64,000 bases of DNA, taken from the NCBI GenBank assembly GCA_016784025.1, contig JADHVL010000001.1:73753-137752 (forward strand), in the 5' to 3' direction. A program made the translations under genes and the position numbers. The DNA is from Fidelibacterota bacterium. Lineage in GTDB: Bacteria; Fidelibacterota; UBA8477; JABMPR01. Positions 28,601 through 38,073 of the stretch are shown piece by piece; the first letter of the stretch is position 1; each line of letters opens with the position of its first letter. The notes under the pieces are model-generated. The model had not been told where the DNA came from. It did no database searches and saw only the letters and a program-made list of their open reading frames with translations.

Positions 28601-30140
28601 GAAAATTTTTGGCAGTGACGAGGGATCATTTGTTGGAAACCTGATTTTCTCCAATGTTCAACGTTGGAATGTGACCAAAAATATAGTTGATCCAATTGAT
28701 GCCTATCCAGATTCACTCCATTATAGTGGCTGGTTTAATTTCGATTCACGCAACAATGATATGGTCGCTGCTGCAAGCAATTGTATCGGTGTGGCTGACC
28801 CCATGTTTGCCGATCCTCTGGCAGGTGATTTCCGTCTCGCAGTCGGATCCGCCTATATCGGTGCTGCCAGTGATGGTGACAATATTGGTGATCGCAACTG
28901 GGGTACCTTTGTATCGAATACTGCACCTGTGATCACAGACATTCCAGCTCAATTCACTGGTGAAGATACAATTCTGGTAGTTCCTATTGTTGTTGTTGAT
29001 GCTGAAGGGGATGCCTTACAGTATTCCGCGACTTCAGATGAAGCCAATGTAGTACCATCATTCCTGGTTGATGCCATGCTTACCCTGACACCTGCTGCAA
29101 ATTGGAGTGGTTCAGCTAATATCTCCGTTGTTGTAAGCGATGGTGTATTGGCGGACACGGCTAACTTTGTGCTCGTCGTTGGCCCAATCGATGACTTACC
29201 TGTAGTTGTCAGTCCCTTTGCAGATGTAATGGTTGATGAAGATGCTGCTGACCTGACTATTGGTGATCTCGATACCGTCTTTGTTGATGTAGATGAATCA
29301 CTTGGTTTTGAAGGTGTGAGTCTCAATGAAGATCTGGTGACTGCAAATATCACCGATGGTGTTGTTACATTACACTTTGTTGCGAATGCATGGGGGAGCA
29401 CTGAAGTTGTATTCATTGCTTCCAATCCCGTGACACGTGAAACAGCTTCAGATACCATGATGGTAACTGTAAATGCAATCAATGATGCTCCAACAGATTT
29501 CGCCTTGAATACACCAGAAGATGCTACTACGGTTACGATCACAGCAGCTTCATTGGGCGATACACTATGGTTTACCTGGACTGACCTTATCGATGTGGAT
29601 GGTGATGAGCTTGAGGTTACACTTGATGGCTCAGAAGCGTTAGGTTTCTTGAGCACCGACGTCATGTTCATGGGCGATTCGGCTGCCTACATCACCTATT
29701 CAGCCCTGGCAGATGCCCTTCCAGATAATGGTGTGGTATCAGGAAGTTGGACCCTGTCGATATCTGATAATATCTCTGATCCTGTAGGCGCATCGAATGG
29801 TCCACTTTCACTGAGTATCGATGCCACAGCTGTTGGTCTTCATGCATCAGGCATGATTCCTGATGAGTTTGTGCTTGAAGCGAATTATCCCAACCCCTTC
29901 AACCCTGCAACCACACTGAGCTTTGGTATTCCGGAAGCCTCACAGGTTGTATTGAGTATTTATGATCTCAAGGGTCGTATGGTATCAACGATTGTAAATG
30001 ATAATAAAGAAGCAGGTTATCATACAGCAATCTGGAATGGTACAAATCAAAATGGACAACCTGTTGGTGCTGGTATGTATATTTACCGCATCCAGGCAGG
30101 ATCATTTGGGCAAGCCCGGAAAATGATCCTTCTCAAATAA
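25638..30140 (+). CDS. Giant multidomain surface protein: two beta-helix modules, tandem Ig-like repeats, OB-like module, cadherin-like repeats, T9SS CTD
   Basis: 1500 aa, AAGGAG RBS, signal peptide. N-terminal beta-helix ending in LNDQRGYPR..IDIGAFEY. Two ~90-aa repeats (APNGGE.W..G....ITW). Second beta-helix (KPITIKAADGLLEKPVLEF). Acidic cadherin-like repeats. CTD NYPNPFNPATTLSF. Confidence 0.75.
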   Translation: MFRKLTICSLILVMTVFCSLGQAITHNVAVGESINTAIAGAAAGDTVSVAEGVFTELVTVGVDVVLMGAGPDLTIIQGQEVDPVVNPDLATTLANHVVTITGAAKVQDLTVRHGTYGSSNGSGISTSGDGAHLFNLHVTKNLINAAKKGAGILLDGQNNLVESCTIDSNECISRGGSGLFAAQRNGHQIINTTITNNIGTDGALEFWGNSDQTAEIINCTISGNEGGGLLISERRAGVTGYIKNNIIANNTVYDVLVTHKVEGVNTADLVGDNNIIGDSTGLTIELGSYSNIYGTTDLNLATILADNSTQYGTQTLALNPGSIAIDAGDATAINGVDVPLNDQRGYPRISPIDIGAFEYGADGAGVLVISAPNGGEIWLQGTAHDITWSSDNVTNAKLEYSTDAGATWVEIAASVDASLGTYAWTLPIADSPTCLVKITDVDDATVSDESDAAFSIVSPYVTLTAPNGGEEWQVGMDYEITWDYGFISNVQIEYTSDGSTWTELAATVDATLGTYTWTIPNDLSAICSVRLTVVENGTVSDASDAVFSIVLPVISIADARADANADLVPDNLGNLVHVIGVVTSPDYGGYYRAYHIGDETAGIVLHASGTDLELRVGDEVEVFGEVSQYNGLTQLEVTAADVTVLSTHNARTATLITLDQLGEATEGSFVKVDDVYLVEPGLWPAHGDSESLDLTDGTNTVTLRIDSDTHLDGWYPPQGLMSIRGVVSQYDSSDPRDGGYQLMGTLRHDFVDMGAGGNEIEVAAGMYAISNALATAGARDILVLTTDGGLYTDTTFIVNKPITIKAADGLLEKPVLEFAYGEGDTTENLIRAWADLTLEGLVLGQPDLTTATDTMGIFVVYSDTLMDWGQPGINNLVVNDCDFRNADKAIRQQFLENTSDGTTLDTLSITNSTFSNFLLARPLDFTGDSNNPSEIYTIPAASYVLIEDCSFRNMILPIRIANYDDGSRPSLVTINHCTFYNTANNHCMKIFGSDEGSFVGNLIFSNVQRWNVTKNIVDPIDAYPDSLHYSGWFNFDSRNNDMVAAASNCIGVADPMFADPLAGDFRLAVGSAYIGAASDGDNIGDRNWGTFVSNTAPVITDIPAQFTGEDTILVVPIVVVDAEGDALQYSATSDEANVVPSFLVDAMLTLTPAANWSGSANISVVVSDGVLADTANFVLVVGPIDDLPVVVSPFADVMVDEDAADLTIGDLDTVFVDVDESLGFEGVSLNEDLVTANITDGVVTLHFVANAWGSTEVVFIASNPVTRETASDTMMVTVNAINDAPTDFALNTPEDATTVTITAASLGDTLWFTWTDLIDVDGDELEVTLDGSEALGFLSTDVMFMGDSAAYITYSALADALPDNGVVSGSWTLSISDNISDPVGASNGPLSLSIDATAVGLHASGMIPDEFVLEANYPNPFNPATTLSFGIPEASQVVLSIYDLKGRMVSTIVNDNKEAGYHTAIWNGTNQNGQPVGAGMYIYRIQAGSFGQARKMILLK
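26738..27287 (+). repeat. Tandem duplication of a ~90-aa Ig-like domain inside the 1500-aa gene
   Basis: ISAPNGGEIWLQGTAHDITWSSDNVTNAKLEYSTDAGATWVEIAASVDASLGTYAWTLP.. is followed by LTAPNGGEEWQVGMDYEITWDYGFISNVQIEYTSDGSTWTELAATVDATLGTYTWTIP... Boundaries are approximate. Confidence 0.6.
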
Positions 30141-30168
30141 GTTGAGATAAAGGTTCAAAATTAAATAG

Positions 30169-30201
30169 GGGGCAGTCTTATTATTAGACTGCCTCTTTTT
30201 T
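30169..30201 (+). terminator. Rho-independent terminator after the 1500-aa gene
   Basis: GGGGCAGTCT (30169-30178) pairs with AGACTGCCTC (30186-30195), with loop TATTATT. A T-run follows to 30201. Confidence 0.8.
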
Positions 30202-30342
30202 GAAATTCATTAAATATTTGGTTTCCTCCTTTTTGAGGAACTCCAGAATTTGTCTTAAATGGGGTCTTATCGTAGTACAGATAATGCCCCTGAATGAATC
30301 GTATCCAAAGATTTATCACCTGGAATTTTAAGGAGAGGCAAT

Positions 30343-33249
30343 ATGCCACAATCCAGAATAATGACTAAGCTTATTAAAGGTGCCATACTATTGGCTTTGA
30401 TCATTCAAACCACAGTATTGGCTGATCAAACGGGTAAAATTTCTGGAATTGTTCGGGATATTGAAACTGAGGAAGGGCTGATTGGTGCCAACGTTGTCAT
30501 TAATGAGCGTTGGGTGGGGGGAGAGATCGAACCCATAAGTAGACCCAGGGGAGCCGCCACAGATTTGGATGGCCGCTTCTATATCATTAATCTTGAACCA
30601 GGTTTTTACAATGTGGAAGTCCATATGATGGGCTATCAGTCAAAAATGATTGAAAGGGTGCGCATAGACGTCGATAAAACTACTGAATTATTCTTTGATG
30701 TCAGTTCCGAAGCACTCCTTATGGATGATATTTTAGTTACTTCCTTCCGCTCAGATATGATCCAGCGGGATCTTACTGCGACCAAGCAGAATTACATCAT
30801 GTCAGAACTTGAAGAAGTCGCTGGAATAAGTGATGTTCAGGACATAATCGACTTAAACGCCGATATCGTTGACGATAATGTTCGAGGGGGTCGTGAAGCG
30901 GAAACTCAATACCTGATTGGTGGAGCCAGTATTGTAAACCCTCTATCGAATAAGGCTTCCTTTAAGCCCATGACATCAGGTTTGCAGGCTGTTGAAGTAT
31001 TTACCTCAGGTTTTTCAGCTGAATATGGAAACGCCCAATCCGGTGTCATTAATATGGTTCCCAAAACAGGCGGTAAACGCTGGAGTACCAAGGTTAATTA
31101 TTCCGGAACATTACCTCATTATAATCACTGGGGCGGATCGGCCTGGAGTGAGGATACCAGACCTCACGATCTGTTTGGCGGAGACGCTGAGAATTGGCTT
31201 CAGGTCAGTCAACAGGATTCCAGTCAATCCCTGATAAACTGGAATAGTAACGGCTCCTATGCCAATTACGTGGATCTTGAAAATGCTACCCATGAGGACA
31301 GTCTCAAAGTGGCCGAGTTTGCTCGGGCTCAATACCTGGCTTTTGCCAGACAGATTGGGTTGGCCTATGATGAAGTGACTGATTACCGGATTGATCTTTC
31401 TACTGGAGGACCTGTATCTGATAAGACAAGAATCTTTCTGGCCGTCAGACAACAGGTAGATGGTACCAAAGTTTTGACAGCCTTTCCAAATAAATCAAGA
31501 CAACTGATGACAAACTTTTCATGGGCTCCCTCTGTGGAAAACAAGTTCATCATCTCCATGAATTATTATACCTCCGAGAAACTCAACTGGAGCGTGGGGA
31601 GTAGGTATGTCAAAATCTTCAATCCTGACTATGGTCCCCATCGTGATCGAAACCAGGCTGCGGATTATGGACTTCGCTGGGAACATATATTTAGTCAAAA
31701 ATCCTATATGGAGATGAACCTGAGGAGTTTCACTACGGATTATGCTCACAGATATCCTATCCGTGATCCTGAATGGATGGGTTCAAATTGGGGTAGCAAT
31801 TTTAATACACCGATCTGGTTGCCTGGCGATCTGAATAATAAGGTTCTTGAGAATAACTATTCTGCCGAGAAGACCAAGACAGTGAGGTTTTATGGTTCCT
31901 GGAATAAGCAACTCAATATCAATAATTTGATGAAAGCTGGTTGGCAGCTGTTTACGTATGATCTGCACACAGAGCGGTCGGCTTCAGCCAGTTCACCCAA
32001 TGCCCAAATTCTGACATACCACGAGAAACCCTATGAGGGAGCATTCTATGTTCAGGACAAGATGGAGTTTGAGGGCCTGGTTGCGAATATTGGACTACGA
32101 TTTGACTTCTATAATTATAATTACAAGTATTTCACAAATCTTTTTCATCCCACAGCCAATCCAAATTATGATTCCAGTTTACCACCTGGCTTGCGAGGCC
32201 CTTTTAACGATCCTGAATTAGCAGAAACAAGCCAAACCGAATTGGTCTACCATCTGCAACCCAGGATGGGGTTTTCTTATCCGGTCAATGAGCGATCGGT
32301 GATTCATGTGAATTATGGAAGTTTTACGCAGCGTCCCAATTTTGACAAAATCTATCGACGCTACTATGATATTACAGGCAACGAGGTCGATGAACTGGGT
32401 AATGCCCGTCTGAAGCCAGAGCGAACCAACGCCTATGATTTTGGATTGGTCCAAGGACTTCCCTTTGGTTTCAGGATTGATGTCTCAACCTATTATAAGG
32501 ATGTGAAAAACCTGGTTCAGACAGTCTTTTACGAAGACTCAACAGGGTCAGACTATAAAGGATTTGCCAACCTGGATTACGCCAATATCAAAGGATTCAG
32601 TATGAACCTTGTGAAAAAAACGGGTAATCTAAAAGTGAGCGTGCGCTACAATTTTCAGAAAGCCGTAGGTAAAAATCCGACACCTTTTGATGCAACACTC
32701 TCTTATAAGGAAGGATCTGACGGGCGTTATGATTTTGATCATGAGAATAATCGAGCACCTGAACCTGAAGATGTGATCATGAACTATAATCGGCGAAACA
32801 GAATTATCACTAACATTCAATATAAAACACCTACAGAATTTGGACCACAGATCTTTGGAGGACTACCTTTCTCAGGTATCTCAATGAATGCTAAACTCAC
32901 ATATCAGGAAGGAAGACCATATACGTACTACGGACCCGATGAATCAATCGGTCCTCAGTTTAATAAAGTCGGTCCAGATGAGCATAATCTCCAATTTATG
33001 TTTGCTAAAAATATGCGCTTTGGTAAACAGAAGCTGGCCCTGAACCTTACCATCTTTAATGTTCTGAATGAGAAGGTGTTCGCCTATTCCTTGTTTAAAG
33101 ATTTTGAAGCGGTTGAAGAATATGAAGCAGGCGACATTGATGCTGTGATGGTTGAAAGTGATTATTCACCCATGGATTTCCCCCAGCACATCCGCTACTA
33201 TCAAAATGCACCTCGCTACTATCGCCTTGGCGTTCAGTGGACTTTTTAA
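30343..33249 (+). CDS. TonB-dependent receptor-type outer-membrane barrel with carboxypeptidase-regulatory-like domain (cassette 2, gene 1)
   Basis: 968 aa, AAGGAG RBS. Collinear with 4022..6943 (GKISGIVRDIETEEGLIGANVVI, FYIINLEPGFYNVEVHMMGY, VEVFTSGFSAEYGNAQSGVINMVPKTG). C-terminal ...YRLGVQWTF. Confidence 0.85.
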   Translation: MPQSRIMTKLIKGAILLALIIQTTVLADQTGKISGIVRDIETEEGLIGANVVINERWVGGEIEPISRPRGAATDLDGRFYIINLEPGFYNVEVHMMGYQSKMIERVRIDVDKTTELFFDVSSEALLMDDILVTSFRSDMIQRDLTATKQNYIMSELEEVAGISDVQDIIDLNADIVDDNVRGGREAETQYLIGGASIVNPLSNKASFKPMTSGLQAVEVFTSGFSAEYGNAQSGVINMVPKTGGKRWSTKVNYSGTLPHYNHWGGSAWSEDTRPHDLFGGDAENWLQVSQQDSSQSLINWNSNGSYANYVDLENATHEDSLKVAEFARAQYLAFARQIGLAYDEVTDYRIDLSTGGPVSDKTRIFLAVRQQVDGTKVLTAFPNKSRQLMTNFSWAPSVENKFIISMNYYTSEKLNWSVGSRYVKIFNPDYGPHRDRNQAADYGLRWEHIFSQKSYMEMNLRSFTTDYAHRYPIRDPEWMGSNWGSNFNTPIWLPGDLNNKVLENNYSAEKTKTVRFYGSWNKQLNINNLMKAGWQLFTYDLHTERSASASSPNAQILTYHEKPYEGAFYVQDKMEFEGLVANIGLRFDFYNYNYKYFTNLFHPTANPNYDSSLPPGLRGPFNDPELAETSQTELVYHLQPRMGFSYPVNERSVIHVNYGSFTQRPNFDKIYRRYYDITGNEVDELGNARLKPERTNAYDFGLVQGLPFGFRIDVSTYYKDVKNLVQTVFYEDSTGSDYKGFANLDYANIKGFSMNLVKKTGNLKVSVRYNFQKAVGKNPTPFDATLSYKEGSDGRYDFDHENNRAPEPEDVIMNYNRRNRIITNIQYKTPTEFGPQIFGGLPFSGISMNAKLTYQEGRPYTYYGPDESIGPQFNKVGPDEHNLQFMFAKNMRFGKQKLALNLTIFNVLNEKVFAYSLFKDFEAVEEYEAGDIDAVMVESDYSPMDFPQHIRYYQNAPRYYRLGVQWTF

Positions 33250-33258
33250 GGGACTCCT

Positions 33259-35538
33259 ATGAAGAATTATTTATATAACCAGAATTCTACTGAGAGTGCT
33301 ATTTCAAAATGCTTAAAGTTGGTATTGCTTATCACATTCCTGATGAGTTTTACATCAACATTATGGGCACAACGTGAACGTCTGGTTCATGATCGTGGCA
33401 CTCTCCATGAGACGTTTTATAACACGGGGGTTTTCGTGGCTCCATTCAAAAATAATGGAATTGAATCTACCAATACTCCCATGACTGAATGGCCAGCCTG
33501 GTCCAGGACTGTGATTGACAATATTGAATATTATGGTCAACACAACGGTCTGGGAGGGGGTATCCATATTGGTGTGAACCATCCAGGAAAGTTAGGTGTA
33601 GATCAAAAACACTTTTCCTTTGCCGGGATGGTTGGTTCAGGTGGTCCAGAGATGGAATATGAAGTTTGGTGCTGGCCTCTTGAATTCTGGAAAGAAACCA
33701 ACTATCCACTGCAGGATGATGGTAGTCTCAATCCGGATTTTGATCCCAATGAGGCCGAACAACTCATTCATACCAGATTTGCTACCAGTGTTGGTATGAC
33801 CGTGACGCGGGTCACTCGCCAATACAGCTATCCCAGGCTGGATGATATCATCTTCCACGAATACGAATTAGAATTTACTGGAAATACCGATTATGATGAA
33901 ACCACTATTGAGCAGGATTCAGTAGATACCTATGTGGATGCCCTGTTTGCATTTCATATGGCCATACCACCTAACATGATGAGCTTTCAGAGAACATTTG
34001 GGTCATGGTACTGGAAACCGGGCATTTTCAGAGGTGATGTATACAACAGCTTTGATACTGATTATGCGATGTTTTATTGTCAAAGCATCAGCACCCAGCA
34101 AGACCACTCCAAACCTTATCATCCTGAACCAGATGAAGATCTGTTCTGGGAGTTTGCGTCTACCGGTTTAAATGGTGGTGGATTGCTGGCACCCCAGGCT
34201 GCTGGTCATACTGCCCTGCATTGGGATAGGGAACATCTAACAGTTCTAGATACGACAGACACTACTTTTCATCTGACCACCATGGAGTATGCACAACATG
34301 CGTCCGACTTTGAATGGGATGAAGGCTTAACCATTAAGCAACCCTGGGGAATTATCCAGAATGCTGGTTGGTTTGTTTCTACTGGGCTCATCAATAAACC
34401 ACACTACAAGACGCATAACCGGGCCCAGGGTAAATTTCCCGAACTTGATGCGCCTGATCCAAATGAGCATCCAATGTTTTGGGTGGGAAGACCCAAGTTT
34501 ACACCTAGAAGTGCAGAAGCACCGGCCTCGTCTTTTATTTGTGGTCCTTATACCATCAACCGCGGTGATAAACTGAATTTTAGTTTTGCACAGGTTGTTG
34601 GATACGGCTCAGAACCAGGAAAAAGGGTATTTGGAGGTGGGCAGAAATCAGATCTATGGGGGACAGCCCCTGATATCAATGCTGAACTCACAGTAGGGGA
34701 TAGTACTTTCAGATATCTGGATACTTTTGGATATCCCGATTATGTAAATGCAGAAACCGGTGTTATCTCTGTACAGGATGTAGCTCGGGAAGCGTGGAAA
34801 GCCTATACTGGCTGGGATATTGAGCATGATTCCCTCTGGGCTGAAGATTCTGTGGTTTGTTGGCCAGATTGGACCGAGCCCCACGGCTTGTATGATGTCT
34901 ATATTCCAGTTCCAGCTCCAGGCTTAAAAGTGAGCAATGATGAAGAGGCCAATGTACACGTGACATGGTCTAGAGCTGTGGAAGATTTCACGCATGCTTC
35001 TTCCGCCCTGGACTCATTCTATGTGTTTAGAAGTTTCAATCGGCTGGGACCATGGAAACGTCTGGTCACTATTGCAGCCGGGGATGTCAATTCAGAGGAT
35101 TACTATGAATACATCGATGACAATCTGGACTTCGCCTTTACAGATGTAGCCTTCTATGCAGTGACCTCAGTTGATGTCAACGGAAATCAGAGTGGCAAAA
35201 CAAATATGACTCAACATCGAAGGGATATTGGACCTGAGGGTGATCTTGAAAATATTTTTATTGTCCCCAATCCCTTTATCCTGGAGAGTGGTTTTCAAAA
35301 TGCGGCACTTGCGAATGCAGTCAGCATTTTCGGACTTCCCGAGAAATGCTCTATCCGTGTCTATAGTTTTGCTGGCCAAAGGGTTCAGAGTATTGAGCAT
35401 GACAATTCTGAGAGTGGATCGCTCACATTTAATCTGGTAAATGAGAACAACATGCTCCTGGCTCCAGGTGTTTATTTTGTTGCCATTCAAACTCCAGAGG
35501 GACAACAGGCCATGACAAAATTTGTGATTATTCGCTAA
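33259..35538 (+). CDS. Orphan secreted protein with variant T9SS-like C-terminal domain (cassette 2, gene 2)
   Basis: 759 aa. Collinear with 6976..9339 (YYGQHNGLGGGIHIG, HFSFAGMVGSGGPE, DDIIFHEYELEFTGNTD, GGGLLAPQAAG, FAQVVGYGS). C-terminus IVPNPFILESGF...CSIRVYSFAGQRVQSIEH...GVYFVAIQTPEGQQAMTKFVIIR. Confidence 0.6.
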   Translation: MKNYLYNQNSTESAISKCLKLVLLITFLMSFTSTLWAQRERLVHDRGTLHETFYNTGVFVAPFKNNGIESTNTPMTEWPAWSRTVIDNIEYYGQHNGLGGGIHIGVNHPGKLGVDQKHFSFAGMVGSGGPEMEYEVWCWPLEFWKETNYPLQDDGSLNPDFDPNEAEQLIHTRFATSVGMTVTRVTRQYSYPRLDDIIFHEYELEFTGNTDYDETTIEQDSVDTYVDALFAFHMAIPPNMMSFQRTFGSWYWKPGIFRGDVYNSFDTDYAMFYCQSISTQQDHSKPYHPEPDEDLFWEFASTGLNGGGLLAPQAAGHTALHWDREHLTVLDTTDTTFHLTTMEYAQHASDFEWDEGLTIKQPWGIIQNAGWFVSTGLINKPHYKTHNRAQGKFPELDAPDPNEHPMFWVGRPKFTPRSAEAPASSFICGPYTINRGDKLNFSFAQVVGYGSEPGKRVFGGGQKSDLWGTAPDINAELTVGDSTFRYLDTFGYPDYVNAETGVISVQDVAREAWKAYTGWDIEHDSLWAEDSVVCWPDWTEPHGLYDVYIPVPAPGLKVSNDEEANVHVTWSRAVEDFTHASSALDSFYVFRSFNRLGPWKRLVTIAAGDVNSEDYYEYIDDNLDFAFTDVAFYAVTSVDVNGNQSGKTNMTQHRRDIGPEGDLENIFIVPNPFILESGFQNAALANAVSIFGLPEKCSIRVYSFAGQRVQSIEHDNSESGSLTFNLVNENNMLLAPGVYFVAIQTPEGQQAMTKFVIIR

Positions 35539-35558
35539 ACGCGACCCAGGGAGAAAGA

Positions 35559-36533
35559 ATGATGAAATTGAATCAAATCAAATCAATAGTCATGCCCTTG
35601 TGTCTGTTGTTAGCGTTTTCAACAATTGATGCTCAGACAACAAAAGAGGGGACAACCGCATTTCAATTCTTGAAGGTAAAACCAGATGCCCGGGCAAATG
35701 GAATGGGAGAGGCCTTCACGGCAGTGGCTGATAATGCTGATGGTGTCTATTACAACCCTGCTGGGCTAACCGACGCAGGCAAATATGAATTGTCTATGTC
35801 TATGTACAACTATTTTGCCGATGTCCGGAACATGGGAGGTGTGGCTCTAGTGGGAACTCGGTTAGGCACCTTTGCCATACAGTATCAATACAATGATATT
35901 GGTCAAATACTACATACAACCAATGTAACCAGCCTTGCGGATTACCAGGCACTCTCAAGTTCTCAGGATTATTTTAGTCCCAATCATCTTATGCTGGGTC
36001 TTACTTATGCCAGAGCCGTGACTGATAAATTCAGCTTTGGTATCACTACCAAGTTTGTACAGGAAGACTTGATCTATTCTAAAGAGGATCAAATCCTTTT
36101 TGATGGTGGTGTGCTCTATCGTTCAGGTTGGAGAACATTACGTACCAGTGCGGTCGTTCGTCATTTTGGAGATGACATCGTATTTGAAGAGAAAGGCTTT
36201 TCAGCACCTCAGGTCCTCATTCTCGGTTTTGGTGTTGAATGCTTTGGTCCTGAAGGTGGCTTGATCGGGACAAATTCGTTTCAGAGGCTTACACTTGCTG
36301 CAGATCTTCTGGCACCGCGTGATTATGATCAACAGTATAACATCGGTGCAGAGTGGGCTTTGAAAGAAAGGCTGTTCCTGCGCGGAGGATATAAAATTAA
36401 TTATATCACTGAGGGACTCAGCCTGGGAGCTGGAGTATCCCTGGGAAATTTTAAATTCGATTATGCATATAATGATTATGATGACTTCCTGCAATATGTT
36501 CAGCGTTTTAGTCTGAGCTATGTGATGAGATAG
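35559..36533 (+). CDS. PorV/PorQ-family outer-membrane beta-barrel (cassette 2, gene 3)
   Basis: 324 aa. GTTAFQFLKVKPDARANGMGEAFTAVADNADGVYYNPAGL is the hallmark N-terminus. Paralogue of 9352..10419. Confidence 0.7.
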   Translation: MMKLNQIKSIVMPLCLLLAFSTIDAQTTKEGTTAFQFLKVKPDARANGMGEAFTAVADNADGVYYNPAGLTDAGKYELSMSMYNYFADVRNMGGVALVGTRLGTFAIQYQYNDIGQILHTTNVTSLADYQALSSSQDYFSPNHLMLGLTYARAVTDKFSFGITTKFVQEDLIYSKEDQILFDGGVLYRSGWRTLRTSAVVRHFGDDIVFEEKGFSAPQVLILGFGVECFGPEGGLIGTNSFQRLTLAADLLAPRDYDQQYNIGAEWALKERLFLRGGYKINYITEGLSLGAGVSLGNFKFDYAYNDYDDFLQYVQRFSLSYVMR

Positions 36534-36545
36534 ACTGGATATAAG

Positions 36546-38063
36546 ATGAATAAAATTAAATCAATCGTCGTGATATTAACGCTAGTAAGCATTGCTTCTT
36601 TCCCTCTGGTGCTTATGGGGCAAGGGAATGGAGAAATGATTCTCTTGCATGGGATGGCAAACCTTGAAACCGAAACACCCTGGACTCTGGCAAGAGCCGG
36701 TGCAGGAGTTGCTGGGGATGGATCTCTGAATGATATCTTTCGCAATCCAGCAGGATTGGTCGGATTGAAGGGCTTTCAATTTCAATTTAATGGTCATCTC
36801 TCGCGACGAAATCAATTTGAAAATATGGTCATGATGGAAGATCGAGTTGACCCAATTATTCTGCGATTTATCGACCGGACCTATCAGCCCCTGCACAGCA
36901 ACAATGGTGTATGGGTAAATGATCTTTTCGCGGGAATGACTGTCGATGATATTACCGTAGATGATACAGGACTTGATTTCTGGCATCGCGGAGCTGGAGA
37001 CTGGCAGGAACAACTTGTCTCAGCTGGTGTCTCAAATGTGAGTCTGGGATTACCCGTTGAAGTTTTTGGTGGACGAACCATTGCATTTGGCCTCGCTTTT
37101 CGAAACCAGAATATCTACGATTACGATCGGAATGAAGCTTATCTCAATCCAGTAATAGGGGATTGGTCTGATCAAGGTCTTGAAACTGACGGTGATACTT
37201 TGGATTTGCATCAGTTCGAATACATCCGTAAAAGAGATGGTGATCTGACCATGCTTCAGGCGACAGTTGCTATTGAGTTGCTTGATTGGATGAACTTCGG
37301 GATTGGGCTAAAATCAGTTTCAGGAAACACTGCTGATAACATATCCTGGGCGCATTACGGTGATTACAGATGGCGTACTAATGGTGGATTTTCCTTTACA
37401 TATGACGATACCTCAGCGGCTTTAGCAAATTTTACTGAGAGTGAATGGTCCTCAAACATGATTGATCTGTCAGTTCAGTTTCATACACCAGATTTTTCAG
37501 CAGGATTTCAATTCGACCTTCCAACCAAAATGATACGGGACTATTCTGATGAGGATTGGTTCATCCAACCTGATGATTCCATGTTTGTATTGGATAGTGC
37601 TGATTTGACTATGGAAGTATCAATGCCCTTGAAAACCAGCTTTGGAATTGCCGTGAAACCTAAAGATGCGCTGGAAGTGTTTTTCGACCTCGTCTGGAAT
37701 CCTTTATCAGAGTCAGCGATCGATATGGGCGATACCAGTCTGGCACTGGATGGGTACCAGCCCTGGATTGATACCTTCACCATGAAGTTGGGGATTGTAT
37801 ATAAAATTGATGAGTATGCTAGAGTTGCAGCTGGATACCAGACAGGAACTCGTGAATTTCATGGTTGGCGTTCACCCTTCATTGATAGGGGACCAGAGCA
37901 AGATATGTTTACTGCAGGAATCTCGGTAGATGCGCTTATGGGGACAATCGATATTGGATACTCCTGGCAAACACTGAAGTATATTGATTACTTTGCTACC
38001 AGTATGCACTATGTGACCCAAAAGCACAATCGGATCATGCTGGGGTATACTCTTAAGCTCTAA
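36546..38063 (+). CDS. FadL/PorV-like outer-membrane beta-barrel (cassette 2, gene 4)
   Basis: 505 aa with a signal peptide. ARAGAGVAGDGSLNDIFRNPAGL motif. C-terminal ...IMLGYTLKL. Same position and size as 10439..11962. Confidence 0.55.
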   Translation: MNKIKSIVVILTLVSIASFPLVLMGQGNGEMILLHGMANLETETPWTLARAGAGVAGDGSLNDIFRNPAGLVGLKGFQFQFNGHLSRRNQFENMVMMEDRVDPIILRFIDRTYQPLHSNNGVWVNDLFAGMTVDDITVDDTGLDFWHRGAGDWQEQLVSAGVSNVSLGLPVEVFGGRTIAFGLAFRNQNIYDYDRNEAYLNPVIGDWSDQGLETDGDTLDLHQFEYIRKRDGDLTMLQATVAIELLDWMNFGIGLKSVSGNTADNISWAHYGDYRWRTNGGFSFTYDDTSAALANFTESEWSSNMIDLSVQFHTPDFSAGFQFDLPTKMIRDYSDEDWFIQPDDSMFVLDSADLTMEVSMPLKTSFGIAVKPKDALEVFFDLVWNPLSESAIDMGDTSLALDGYQPWIDTFTMKLGIVYKIDEYARVAAGYQTGTREFHGWRSPFIDRGPEQDMFTAGISVDALMGTIDIGYSWQTLKYIDYFATSMHYVTQKHNRIMLGYTLKL

Positions 38064-38073
38064 CAAGACCCTC

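Noticed and set aside
28949-29671. 240-aa minus-strand ORF inside the 1500-aa gene (similar cases at 16671..17102, 7996..8493 and 5945..6304)
   Set aside because: These are antisense to confidently coding sequence and have low-complexity Ser/Thr/Val-rich translations. There is no RBS or recognisable motif. They are typical shadow ORFs opposite long genes.
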